DNA of 64,000 nt, from assembly GCA_047967505.1 (NCBI GenBank), contig CM106538.1. One strand, written 5' to 3'. Under the pieces are notes generated by a model that ran no database searches, was not told the DNA's origin, and saw nothing but the letters and a program-made list of their open reading frames with translations. This document shows, piece by piece, positions 53,306 to 64,000 of this stretch; the first letter of the stretch is position 1, and every line of letters begins with the position of its first letter. The position numbers were made by a program, and so were the translations under genes. Source of the stretch: Dipteris shenzhenensis. Lineage: Eukaryota.

Positions 53306-54664
53306 TCAGCCTCTGATAAACTCACAACGCTGCCTGTCATAATGCTTTCTTCGATCGTTATACCTGGACGAACATCTGTCCACGCGTCTATAGTAGACAG
53401 AAGAATCGTTTTCCCTTCTTCTATGTTTGTGCTCAGCGCTCCACCGGCTTTCCCTATGCACGTCTTCGTGATCCCTTTTCCTTGAAACATGAGCGCGTCT
53501 GTGGAAGCCGTCGTACACGCTGCGTCTCCTTTCGGCCTTGTCGTCCGAAGACTTTGAATCTCGTTTGTCCTGCACCCCTTGGTCTGGACGGACATCTTTC
53601 TTTGTCGCTTCAAACTGAAATTCCTGGTGCGCGAATACAATGCCACCTAAAAGCACTCCCTTTGACCCTGAAGCATTCAGGAGACATGAACTGATTAATT
53701 TGGACGCAGATCCGGGAGACAGAAGAGAGAGATTTTTTTTACATTCACGTCCATCCAAGGATCGCCTTATATCCTGAGAAGGCTCAGCGATTTCATTGTC
53801 ATCAGCAACAGGCTTAGCCATCTCTACTGCTCCCACAGGAGAGGCCTCAGAGATATTAGCTATTTCAGAGGGTTGCGAAGGGGCACAATCCCTAACTTCG
53901 ATGTATTGAGCTTTGGGCTGCCTATAAAGATGGGCGAGTGTCTTGCAAACCTCAAGGATCTGCTCGAGGGTCACGTCAAAAAGCAACCACCAAGGCGGAT
54001 TCTCTGGAAGCGGTACACCAAGCCTACGAGCAGCAGCGTATATGACACCGCAGGCAATCACGTTACTAGGAAAGGTCACACAGAGAGTCGTACGCAAGCT
54101 ATCATTTACCAGATTCCAAGACTCTTGAACGAGCTCCGGAGAGGCTTTCAGGCCATTAAGGTAGCTGACCAAGAACTTGTGCGGGTGCTCGACATGGCAG
54201 ACGAAGCCCAACTCGACGAGGATCTGGCTCTCCAGCCTCAGCAGTTCCTCCTTGCGGTGCCTGAACAGGTCGGAGCGAGGAGCCAAAGGTTCGTCGCCAT
54301 CTCTGCGGCAGCGGATCCGACCGAACACCATAACGAGGTCGGTAAGGAGGGAGGGCTTCTCGCCACGGTTGGAGGCTCCGGATTCCTCGAGCTTCATGGA
54401 GAGCCAGAGGCAGCTAGCGGCGATGCTACGGCAGTCGAAGTCGTGGAAGGAGCGTTTGCAGAAGAAGCGCTGGAGGAGGACTTGGGCGGTGGCCATGACG
54501 ACCTGGGGGAGGCGAAGGAGGATGCCGGCCTCCTGGATGAGTTCACAGGAGTAGAAGCGGAGGGAGAGCTGGGAGGAGAGGGGGATGGAATGAAGGGAGG
54601 AGGAGGGGGTGAGGGAGAGGAGGGAGGGGGAAAGGAAGAAGGAGCCAGGGCCGGAGTCGAGCAT
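53306..54664 (-). CDS. CYCL1: Cyclin L (cyclin-L1-like, partner of CDK11/CDKG), 452 aa, intronless
   Basis: Cyclin L signatures LRFYSCELIQEAGILLRLPQVVMATAQVLLQRFFCKRSF, LGFVCHVEHPHKF, WNLVNDSLRTTLCV and LPENPPWW, plus an Arg/Ser/Asp-rich C-terminal tail. Uninterrupted ORF. Confidence 0.93.
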   Translation of the reverse strand: MLDSGPGSFFLSPSLLSLTPSSSLHSIPLSSQLSLRFYSCELIQEAGILLRLPQVVMATAQVLLQRFFCKRSFHDFDCRSIAASCLWLSMKLEESGASNRGEKPSLLTDLVMVFGRIRCRRDGDEPLAPRSDLFRHRKEELLRLESQILVELGFVCHVEHPHKFLVSYLNGLKASPELVQESWNLVNDSLRTTLCVTFPSNVIACGVIYAAARRLGVPLPENPPWWLLFDVTLEQILEVCKTLAHLYRQPKAQYIEVRDCAPSQPSEIANISEASPVGAVEMAKPVADDNEIAEPSQDIRRSLDGRECKKNLSLLSPGSASKLISSCLLNASGSKGVLLGGIVFAHQEFQFEATKKDVRPDQGVQDKRDSKSSDDKAERRRSVYDGFHRRAHVSRKRDHEDVHRESRWSAEHKHRRRENDSSVYYRRVDRCSSRYNDRRKHYDRQRCEFIRG

Positions 54665-55929
54665 GGCTATGGCGATGGAGGAAGGGGAAGCGTGAGCTCT
54701 GAGGAGGGAAGAAGGAGAAAGGAGGGAGGAAGAATGAGCTCTGAAGACGGGGGCTATGGCGATAAGAAGAGCAGGGGATTAGGTTTTCGTGAGAAAAAGG
54801 GAAAAGCACGTTGCTTTTGGTCGGCGGTGACTCGGTTGCTTGACTCAGTCAACAAGCTTAGAGTCGCATGCTAGTTAGTGTGGCTGTCTCAGCCCGACTC
54901 ATGGAGGGCTAGGGCTGGGTGAGAATGCTACGCTGGCATTGCAGCTCTAGCTCAGTATCTTGAAATTTCAGGACTCTGGCTCAGCCTTGCAATGCCCAAC
55001 GCTTCTCATTGGCCCAAAAACTCCACTGGCTATGGGATTGGCTGTGACAACCTGCAAGCATCAGTAAGCTGCATTAAAGAAGCCTTGAAGAGCACAATCA
55101 ACCTGCGGGCGGCTGCATTTTCGGAAATGCTGGCTGGGCAGCATCCTGCTAGTGATTGCAGCATTAGAGGCAACGCGGGGAGGCCCTCTTACTCCGAGTC
55201 TCCGGCCCCTGGTAGACGGACGGAAGCTTTGTGATCTGCAAGAGGTTGCATTGCTAGTTTTCTATGAGAAATAGATCTCAAAGAGGTTGCATTGCTAGTT
55301 TTCTGTGAGAAAAGGGAAAAGCACGTCGCTTTTGGTCGGTTGCTTTAGTCAATCACCAAGCGCGTACTTACCGTTTAGACCAAGTGGTTCAAGTCCTGAG
55401 TTCAAGCCTCGAGGACAACTTGGGACATTCAATTTCAATACAACGCAAAAAAAAACAAACAGAAGAACGAGTACTTGAGCATTGCCTTAGAGGGCTTCTC
55501 CACATGTGCTAGCAAGGCTAGCCCAGCCCTATTACAAGGCCCCATGCTAGTCACCTCATCCCTCCAAAGCCAACCCAACAAGCAGAGCTTGCTAGCAGAG
55601 CATTGCAATGCCCAAGCATGGGGATTGGCTAAAAGAATCCACCTTCCACTCTATTCATCCACCAATTTGCAAAAACGATGTCAAACCTCATCAAGCGCCA
55701 ATAGGGACCCCAGCGAGGAAAAAAGGGAAATTCAATTAATTAGTGTGGCGAGGGCAGCCGCGCAAAACGAATTAAGCTAAGATAAGCTCATAAAATTAAC
55801 GACACGTGAATTAAAGTAAGGCAGAACTAGAGGTTCCAGAATGTTCATTCTAGAAATTTCATTCCAGAACGTTCCGAGCGATTATATAGATGGGGGGAAA
55901 GTGATATGTGTGAGCAGTAGACACGAAGA

Positions 55930-56300
55930 GCTGTGGAAAGGGGAATAGAGAGTGGAGTGGAAGAGTGAGGAAGAGTGGGAGAGAGAGCGGTGGAGAGGGA
56001 GGAAGAGTGCTGGAAGATGGTGAGGCGAGGGGGGCTGAGCGGGAGTGCAGGTGAGGGGGGGGGGAGGGAGGGAGCGGATGGAGGGGGAGGGGGAGGGAGA
56101 GGCGCAGGAAGGTGGAGTGAAAGCCGCAGGAGGGTGGAGTGAGCGTAAGAAGGAGGTTGGGACGGCGAGGGAGGGAGGTAGGGAGGGAGAAGGGAGGGAG
56201 AGGTGCAGGAGGGTGGAGTGGGCAAGGGAGGGAGGGAGGGAGAGGCGGAGGAGGGTGGAGTGAGGCGTAAGAGGTTGAGAGGTGGTGCAGACGAGAGGCA
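55930..56300. repeat. Purine/G-rich low-complexity tract with GGAGGGTGGAGT and GGGA repeats
   Basis: Strongly G/A-rich on the + strand with many G3-G9 runs. Confidence 0.85.
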
Positions 56301-56654
56301 CAAGACGACAATGGCGCAAGAGGCGTAGATTTAGATTATTTTGGAGGGTTGTAAGATTAGGTTAATGTGCTAATTAAAGGGGGAGGCGGATGGGAGTAAT
56401 TAATTGATAGATTTCGATTGTAGGAGCGATTAGGAGCCATTAATATCACTTGCAAAGCTTTCATGGAAACGTATGCTACCTTCAACATTCCAATCCTGAA
56501 ATTTCAGCCTTGGCAACCTCATGGGGAGGTCCTTTTAGGTTCTACTTAACGCAAGCAATGAATGGATGATTGTTTTGCAGCACCCACGATGGAAGCCATG
56601 CGTAGAACCATTGGAAAGTTTCAGTGTTGTTTATTTCGCTAACAAAGAAGAGTG

Positions 56655-56656
56655 TA

Positions 56657-56700
<44 letters not shown>

Positions 56701-56750
56701 TGAGTGAGAGTGAGAGATTTCACAAAATATATGCATGAGAGAGAGAGAGA
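56655..56750. repeat. Compound (GT)n(GA)n microsatellite
   Basis: Directly visible. Confidence 0.97.
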
Positions 56751-57700
56751 GGGGGGCTAAAAACCATGTAGCAAGGGACACTTTTTTCAAAAGTCAGAGT
56801 AGAGCGTAGGCAATGCTTACACACGTGAGCTTGCAGAGGCCCCAGAGACTTAGGAGCCAAGAGGCATAGTTAATGCTAATTGGCTAGTCAATTTTCAAGA
56901 TGGTAGTCAAAAATCAACCTAAGACTCTACAATAAGTAAAGGCATGGGTTTTTGGCCTCCTTTTAGCTCCAAATTTAAAACATTAATTGGCAAGTGGAAT
57001 TTCACCACACAGGAATTAATTTGGTAAGAATAGCCTCGCCGATGGCCTCCTCAAGTTCACTAGTGATTTAGTGAGGCATGCATGCTACAAAAATTACGGT
57101 TGTAAGGGCAAGGGGATTCGTAACTAGTTTCTGCAAAAGCTGATTCTAGGCTGACTCACGATTTAGAGAGGTATGCATGTCCATTGTGCTAATTCTCTTT
57201 CAGTGCCATTCTGAATTTGATTTGCTTGCAAGTTGCTACTCAGAGGGCCCCTATTACATGTTATTTTCGAATTAAAGCAACAATGGCCGAATTGGGAACT
57301 AGCAAAAGACTTCTTTCGAATTCGTCATATTCAACTTCTTTATACTTTCAAATACATACTTTTTATTTGACAATATCTAACTTCATAAGATACATAAGAT
57401 TGCTGAAAGTAAAAGAGGATCATATTCATAGTTTCAAATTCATAGTTTTTATTTGACAATGCTGAAAGTAAACTAGGGTGCGGTAATATGTTGATTATAA
57501 ATTAACAATGAAGAAAGGATGACAAGCCGGTGTTTGAAAAAGACCTGACTATAAACTAAGCTGACAATAACAACCCCAACCAAATGGCGTATGTGTTTAA
57601 GTGTTCCCTTCTTGCGAACACCTCAGCACACAAGAAAATGAAGAATTTAGAATATGCAAAAGCAAAAGAAAACACAAAACTTGAAATGGAAAACACATAA

Positions 57701-57822
<122 letters not shown>

Positions 57823-57927
57823 TATCTATTTTATATAACCACACATAGTATGGGTGGGGAGGCGGCGCGCTTCCTTCCCCAAATAGTTATAATTTGAGGG
57901 AATAGGCCCTTCCTCGTGGGCTGAGGT

Positions 57928-58980
57928 TGTAATCGCCAATAATATTAGTGCCGAGATTGAGTATCGCGAATATGTAAGAGAATGATATATTACCTAGATC
58001 TCAATGAGTGTATCTATATTCCAACTCGAACATCGACCAAATTATTATCATGATTTCTTCTGTCATTTGCCGTGGGAATCCTGTCTCTACCTCTGCGAAG
58101 CGGTTTCTCGATATGAGCGATGTTGGAAAGAGAGGACGGCAGAGCCAACATCAGCTAGATGATCCAAAGAGTTGAAGTTTGCGAAATATATAGATTTAGA
58201 GGCCTTCAAAAGGGCTCATGCCTTCCATCAAGAGATTTTTCATCCAAAAGCACGCTTTTCATCAAGCGTTGTTCAAAATTGAATCCAAGGCTTATATTAG
58301 GACACGTGGCTCAAGGAGAGGCCAAGAAACCCAAAATTCCCCATAGGCTACCTACCGTAACAAGGACCGTGCACCTGCAGTTGCAATGCCACTTCTCACG
58401 CTCCTACTAGTTGCATCTTTATTTGGCCAGTAGTAGAGCATTTTGCAAAATGCTAAATTTGTATTCAACCATATAGCATTGTTAGATTGAGCCTACAATT
58501 AGCTTGGAAGAGCTTTTTTCAAAGCACGATAAAGTAGCTTTTCATTGAAGCTTTGAGGTCCAACCTTTCCTTCATGGTTTTCGTGGTCTTCGCTTGAAGA
58601 GTCGCTTTTCTTTACACCAAGCTCCAATCTGAAAGGTAAGGTTCTCTTGTTGTTATAATGATGTCTTGGTTGGGCTCACTCTTGGTTGCACCATGACACT
58701 GTTTGCATTATCCTCGTTGCTTACTCGCTTTGCTTTTCATCCAACCCTTCTAGCCTTTCGTCCATCCTGTCCCCAAGTCTACCCTTGCTAGCAGTGCTAG
58801 AAAATAGCAACTTTTGCTCTGCTTTGACGCATCCACATTCTACTTGCAAACCTCTTGGGTGTGGAAGAGCAGCTATCAAGGGTAAAAAGTTGGGGGGAAA
58901 GGGAAAGGGCTTCACTAAATTCCAATCGCACGTATTCATTTATGACATCCTGAACAAAAATCTCGAGACGCTTCGATGAA
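57928..58980 (+). mobile_element. Possible solo or truncated LTR
   Basis: Starts TGTAATC after a TTGAGGG...GGGCTGAGGT segment resembling a Gypsy 3' junction. Non-coding; no partner LTR or TSD found. Confidence 0.3.
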
Positions 58981-58999
58981 AGAGAGATGCATGCAAGCA

Positions 59000-60300
59000 T
59001 TATACTATGTCTAGTCTAGACAATGGCACATACGTGATCTTGTTATTGTATGTTGATGACATGCTTACATGCAAGCTATAAATGTGCTCGAGAGAAAATG
59101 GCAAGTAAGATATCGGAGGAGATTGCCTTCTAGAATAGAAGTAGAATATGTTGTAGTTATGGAGGCTGGTAAATATATGATTTAGTTCAAGAGCTTTATG
59201 GAGCAACTTGTGTGGGTTAAAGGCCACTGTGCATTAATCCCAGTTATGTACAATACTCAAACACATAAATATGTGGATGACATAGAAGATTAGGGTGTCG
59301 TGCATCCACCAAAACTTGTGTGGCTCTCTTCTGGCTCTTCCTCTCTCTCACCCTCTTCCGTTTCGCTTCCATTGAGAGCACTCTCAATTGGTATCAAAGC
59401 CCGTGTGGTTTATCTGATGCTTGTGGGTGGTCTACTAGCTGAGCCCGTGTGCATGCCTAGAGCTTGAAGTCTACTGCTACAACTCTGTGGAAGGAAGGAG
59501 AAGCTCTGTGGGTGACTTTACCTGCATCCTGGTGTGTAGAGACCTAGAAGGAACCTTTGGAAAAGTTGTTTTGGTTTTTTTGAGTGGTTTTTGCAAGCCT
59601 GCAGGTGATTTTGGAACAAATAGACGTTTTTTAATGATTCCCATGTTCCTTTCGACATGACTAAGAGTCCAAAATGACTTGCAGAGGCAACCATTGCTTG
59701 CTTTTGGTATCCATTGCACTTTAGGAGCTCAAAAGACCCTGCATTCTTGAATTTGATATCATTTCGTTGGATTTCTGAATCATTGTCTCTACTTCAACGT
59801 TTTTTTTGCCAGTGTGTTGGATCTCAAGTTTGAAGCAACCATTCGCAGATCCATCAGTTTTGGTGGACTTAGGAGGTCCTAAACTTCTATGATGCTCATC
59901 ATTCGTACGTCTGTGGCGTTTACAAACAAATCGGTTTGCTAAAACATTTTTCAATCCATGTATTGGACCCGATGATTGGGACCACTGTTTTCGAAACCGT
60001 CTGTTCCATTGCATTTCAAAGGTTTGAAAACCCCTATCTTTTAGCTCTTGATGGTGGTATTCCTAAAGAGGCATGGAGTGGCAAGAAGCCCTCTTACTCT
60101 CATTTGCGTATATTCGAGTGTGAGGCCTATGCACATGTGCCAAAGGAGCTTCGGAAGAAGCTAGATCCTAAGTCTAAGAAATGCATCTTTCTAGGTTATG
60201 GTGAAAGTGGAGAGATGGGCTATCATATCTGGGATCTAGAAGCAAAGAAGATCATATGAAGCCATGATGTGGTCTCAATGAGAAGAAGATGCATAAGACA
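59000..60300 (+). mobile_element. Nested Copia debris: RT YVDD fragment, LTR end + PBS + leader, integrase C-terminal fragment
   Basis: LLLYVDDML at ~59040-59066; ...CTCTCA then AT then TGGTATCAAAGC (iMet PBS, 59389-59400); PKEAWSGKKPSYSHLRIFECEAYAHVPKELRKKLDPKSKKCIFLGY (60040-60259). Confidence 0.85.
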
Positions 60301-61449
60301 CCCATGAGGGATGTGAAAATGAGGAGAATCACTTTCCAGGATGTGAAGATGGACCCCTGAAGCCAAAAATAAAAGAAAATTTGTGCATGTCAAATTTGTA
60401 AAACAAGGGTGTGGCTCATATAGCATGAGAGCAGTGGATATACTTCTTGTATCTTGTATCTTCACTTGTTGGGATAAGAAAAGCATAGGACTAGCTATTT
60501 CTCCATGGATGTAGCCCACATTGGGTGAACCACATTCATGAGTGTCTCTCTTTCTCTTCCATTCTATGTGTTTTCTTTATTGTGTATTTTATGCATTTTG
60601 CTTCTTGCGTTATGGCTCCGTTAGCATGTTGCTCCTAACAAATTGTATAAAGTTGAGGAATATGGAGACAAGGACGCATGAAAAATTGCTATACAAAGCA
60701 ATTGCGATTGAAAAGGGGGTCATCATTGATCCCAAAAGAAGAAAATGGTGGTTTTCCATGATAGAAAGCAAAATAAAAAGAGCTAATTCTCAAAATAGCT
60801 ACATTAAAGACAAAAAAGGAGGAGCTAAAAACGTCTCTCGAAGATATGGAATAAGAGGAGCTCTAGAAAAGTGCACTAAGTGTAGAGTGGATGGGCATAC
60901 AAGCAACAAATCTCAGCAAGATGATACAACAATATCTACAATCATTCCGGCCACATAGCTGGAGTGTGGGTTCAAAAAGAGCGAAGGAACCACTCAGATC
61001 CACTAGGTAGAAAGGGAGGGCACATGCCCTATCAAACAAATAAACCCAAGAATGCCAATACTACATGTTTCTTTTGTAGGGAGGATGGTGATCAAAAGAA
61101 TGACTGTGGATTGTGAAAATAGTAGCATGCAACCAACATGAGTAGGCATCAAGTTGATGCTTGGTTTTTTGCACATATTGCAGCAAATGTGATCACAAGA
61201 TTGCAAGAAACACGAGTGTACCAAATCAATTAATAGAAGCCAAAAAAGACAAGGATTCATTGGAGCAAATCAACCCTCACTCCCTGAGGGATTCAATCAT
61301 ATGACTTGGCTTTAGAGGACGGCAACCTTGGGATCACGGACCAGAAAGAGCAAGACACCTTGGCCAACTACATTCATCTTCCTCAATTGCACCCCTCGTG
61401 ATCAATCGTGTGAAGAACATGGCATTGGCAAAAAGGAAATTGGCACCAT

Positions 61450-63420
61450 TTGGCATCACTCTATGTAAAGGATTTTTAGCTGACGGTGGGTTTTAAGTGT
61501 GATGTGACACATCCCCTTAGATGTGCAGATGCCCTACCAAGTCTGCAACCATGCGGGCAAGCTCTTACCATCTCCCAAACACTATCCTCTGACGAATGCA
61601 AACTTTAAGAGTGTGAATGGGAAGGACCATCGCATGTTGTGCCTCTATTCTGAATACCTGTTGACCCTGGATCCTGTAGGCTAGAGAGGTTGGATCAATG
61701 GAGAAGGCATGACCCCGTTTATCAACCATGTAGCCATCTTCCAAGTGAAGTCTCGCTACATCGTCTCCATACTGGCCACAATTTGGAGGGCACTTGTCCA
61801 GGTCCTCTACATTGTTAGGCACCCTAGAGACAATGTAGGGTCATCTCCAAAACTCAGTCTATGCAACAGTGACAACCACCATCTAGTCGCATCTACTCTA
61901 GCCAAGGGCCATGGGCAAGCCTGAATGTGCCACTATAAAAAAGAAGTAGAAGATCTTCTGTGACCTGTGGGGTGACAAGTCCATAAACATGACCAAAATT
62001 GAGAGGTAACCTCTTGGTAATCTCATGCTCCACCCAATGATGGTCTCTTGAGAGGGTGCATCCTACTACCTCTGGCTAAAGACGTCAGCCTATGCAAGTC
62101 ATATATGAGAAGAAGTGCTTCTCCTCTACACTGTTTGACTACCCTACTCGTATGGGACAAAACCACACCCAAATCCCGCTGAATCTCACAAAGAGGCTGG
62201 ACATCCCATTACCAAAGTTGTGACCACACTACCTTTTGCCTTGTCGAGAATAAATTGGATCAATAGTCCAATCCTTGCCCAAGAGGCCCACTACCCTAAT
62301 CCTCTGCCACTTGAGTGAGTCCAAAACCTCATCAACCCCAAGGTCCCCCCTTTTCGTCTCAGGCTAAAGAAGGCGTCCAAGCCCCGCTTTATAAAGTCTA
62401 TATCAGTAGGAGCCAAGGGACTACTACACAATTTTTAACCTGAGGGGCACATCCATCCTTAAAAATTGTCCATACTAGCCATGGGTTTTGAGACACTGTG
62501 TAGTCCTTCCCATCATGCCTCTCAAGTAGTCATGTCAATCTCCCACCATCCTAGTGCCCGCCCCACTCAGATAAGAGAGTGCCTACCCTTGTGCCTTTAC
62601 CTTTGCGAGAGGCATCTCCAAGGCCCAAAAGACCTAGCTGGGTCACTCTCCCACTGGCTCCAACTGATGTATGCCCACTACCTTAGTATGAGTCCCTCTT
62701 GGTCCAAAACCTCTACATGCCATATGCCTCTTAAACTCCTCTAGCATGTTGGACTAGCCCAAATGCCTCCAAACAAACACCGCCAAAACCTGTGAAGGCT
62801 CCTTGTTAGTGGGCCTATGAGGGGAGCCTCTAAAAACATCCACTTGTGGGAATACTGCCACAGACTTCCTGTACGTGGGGTGTTCTTGAGAAGCCCTCAC
62901 TATAGCAAGAGCTTCTAGGGCTCAGAGCCTAGGGTAAGACCGTGTACCACTAGCTTGCCCAAAAGGGCCCTACTCTACATCTTAGGATGAATAATGCCTT
63001 CCTTGCGCGTGAGGTAGGATCATTGTCTGTCAAGCGACCTTGGCTCTACTCGTACCATCCAAACCTGCCGATAAAAAGCCACTAGGTGCTTGAGCTGATC
63101 CACACAACCTCCGTGACAATAGTAGCGGGATGATATAGCCCCACTATAGCCAAGAGGACCCACAAGACCCAGCCTACTAGAGAGAGTTTAGCTGAGCTCC
63201 AGTACACAAGCTTGTGCCTCACTCTCTCTAGCACTGGGACAATCTGCTGCCCTACTGAAATTTCAATGTCCACCCTTTTTTGGGTTGTAATAGTAGCTTG
63301 AGCCTCACACTCTCTAGCACTGGGACAATCTGCTGCCCTATTGAAATATCAATGCCCACTTGACAACCTAAATATCTCAATGTGTGCCCTTGCATAATCC
63401 ACGTAAAGCTACTATTACAT
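61450..63420 (-). mobile_element. Degenerate L1-like LINE ORF2 C-terminal half, same lineage as the 39102-41311 element
   Basis: LRYLGCQVGIDIS..QIVPVLE, WSSAKLSL, RALLGKLVVHGL and QRIRVVGLL parallel the same motifs in the 39-41 kb LINE. Internal ~85-bp duplication at ~63210-63360. Confidence 0.85.
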
Positions 63421-64000
63421 CCCCAAAAAGGGAGGGGGGGGGGGGGGCCAAGAGAGGAGTTGCAAAAAATAGCAAGAGCCTCCAAAACATGTAAACACTA
63501 GAGAATGGAGTAAGAGAAAATTGCCCAAAACCACTGTTTACATCCCGAGACCTTAGGAACAACTTGCAACCAACAAGTGTCACAAGGAGAGGAGATGAAA
63601 AACATGTGCATAGGTTGGAACCAAGGTGGTGAGCTTGAACACAGCCTCCCAGGGCTAGCGATGGCAAAAATAGCTTCAAAAGGGTAGAACTAGCAGGCAA
63701 AGTAGAACACCAACAAGGAAAAGGATGGAGTAGCCATGCAGGGAAAAAGGAGGGGAATGGATCGATGGATGCAGTGGGCACATGGCTGCAGAGCAAAGGA
63801 GTAAGGAGGGATGCACGATGGAGGAGATGTAGGGAGACGATAGCTAGTGAGGAGGGAGCTCAAGTAGGGGCAATAGCTTCAACAGCTTGTAATTCTTTTC
63901 AATGACCTATAGCAACCAGGTAGATTAAGATAAACAATCAAGAGTTGGATGCCAATCCTCTTATGCAAATGGTGTAAGAGGATAGCAATCCTCTTATGGA

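Noticed and set aside
53873-54874. 333-aa ORF antisense to cyclin L
   Set aside because: Shadow ORF expected from GC-rich codon usage on the opposite strand; no recognisable domain.
55845-56319. Pro/Ser/Leu-rich ORFs in all three minus frames
   Set aside because: Artefacts of the pyrimidine-rich low-complexity tract.
60542-61260. CTKC..GH knuckle ORF (+) and Cys-rich ORF (-), possibly MULE or PHD/RING fragments
   Set aside because: Motifs are too short and incomplete to assign by eye.

Overview
Repeat-dense eukaryotic nuclear DNA from a land plant (inferred from the PRA1 and cyclin L genes and the Copia/Gypsy/L1 debris; a seed-free plant such as a fern is plausible but unproven). Only two intact host genes are visible, both intronless and CpG-rich: a PRA1-family Rab acceptor (16375-16974, -) and a divergent cyclin L (53306-54664, -) that looks like a retrocopy. 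The central ~29 kb (18372-47551) holds three divergent, decayed rolling-circle transposons of the endonuclease-bearing Helentron/Helitron2 type: two in tandem on the minus strand and one diverging on the plus strand. Their shared module order is spliced RPA70-like OB-fold gene, OTU-like protease, Myb/SANT-like helix, Cys-rich/DUF6570-like region, HUH Rep, PIF1 helicase, AP-endonuclease. A dead protein kinase gene lies just upstream of the third copy, and a canonical Helitron hairpin+CTRR end lies downstream of the first. The window also has a 5'-truncated L1 with poly(A) and a 9-bp TSD inside one RPA gene, a complete young non-autonomous 2.15-kb LTR element (298-bp LTRs, ATACC TSD), other LINE, Copia and Gypsy fragments, and micro/minisatellites. 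All domain calls come from motif recognition by eye, and boundaries of degenerate elements are approximate.
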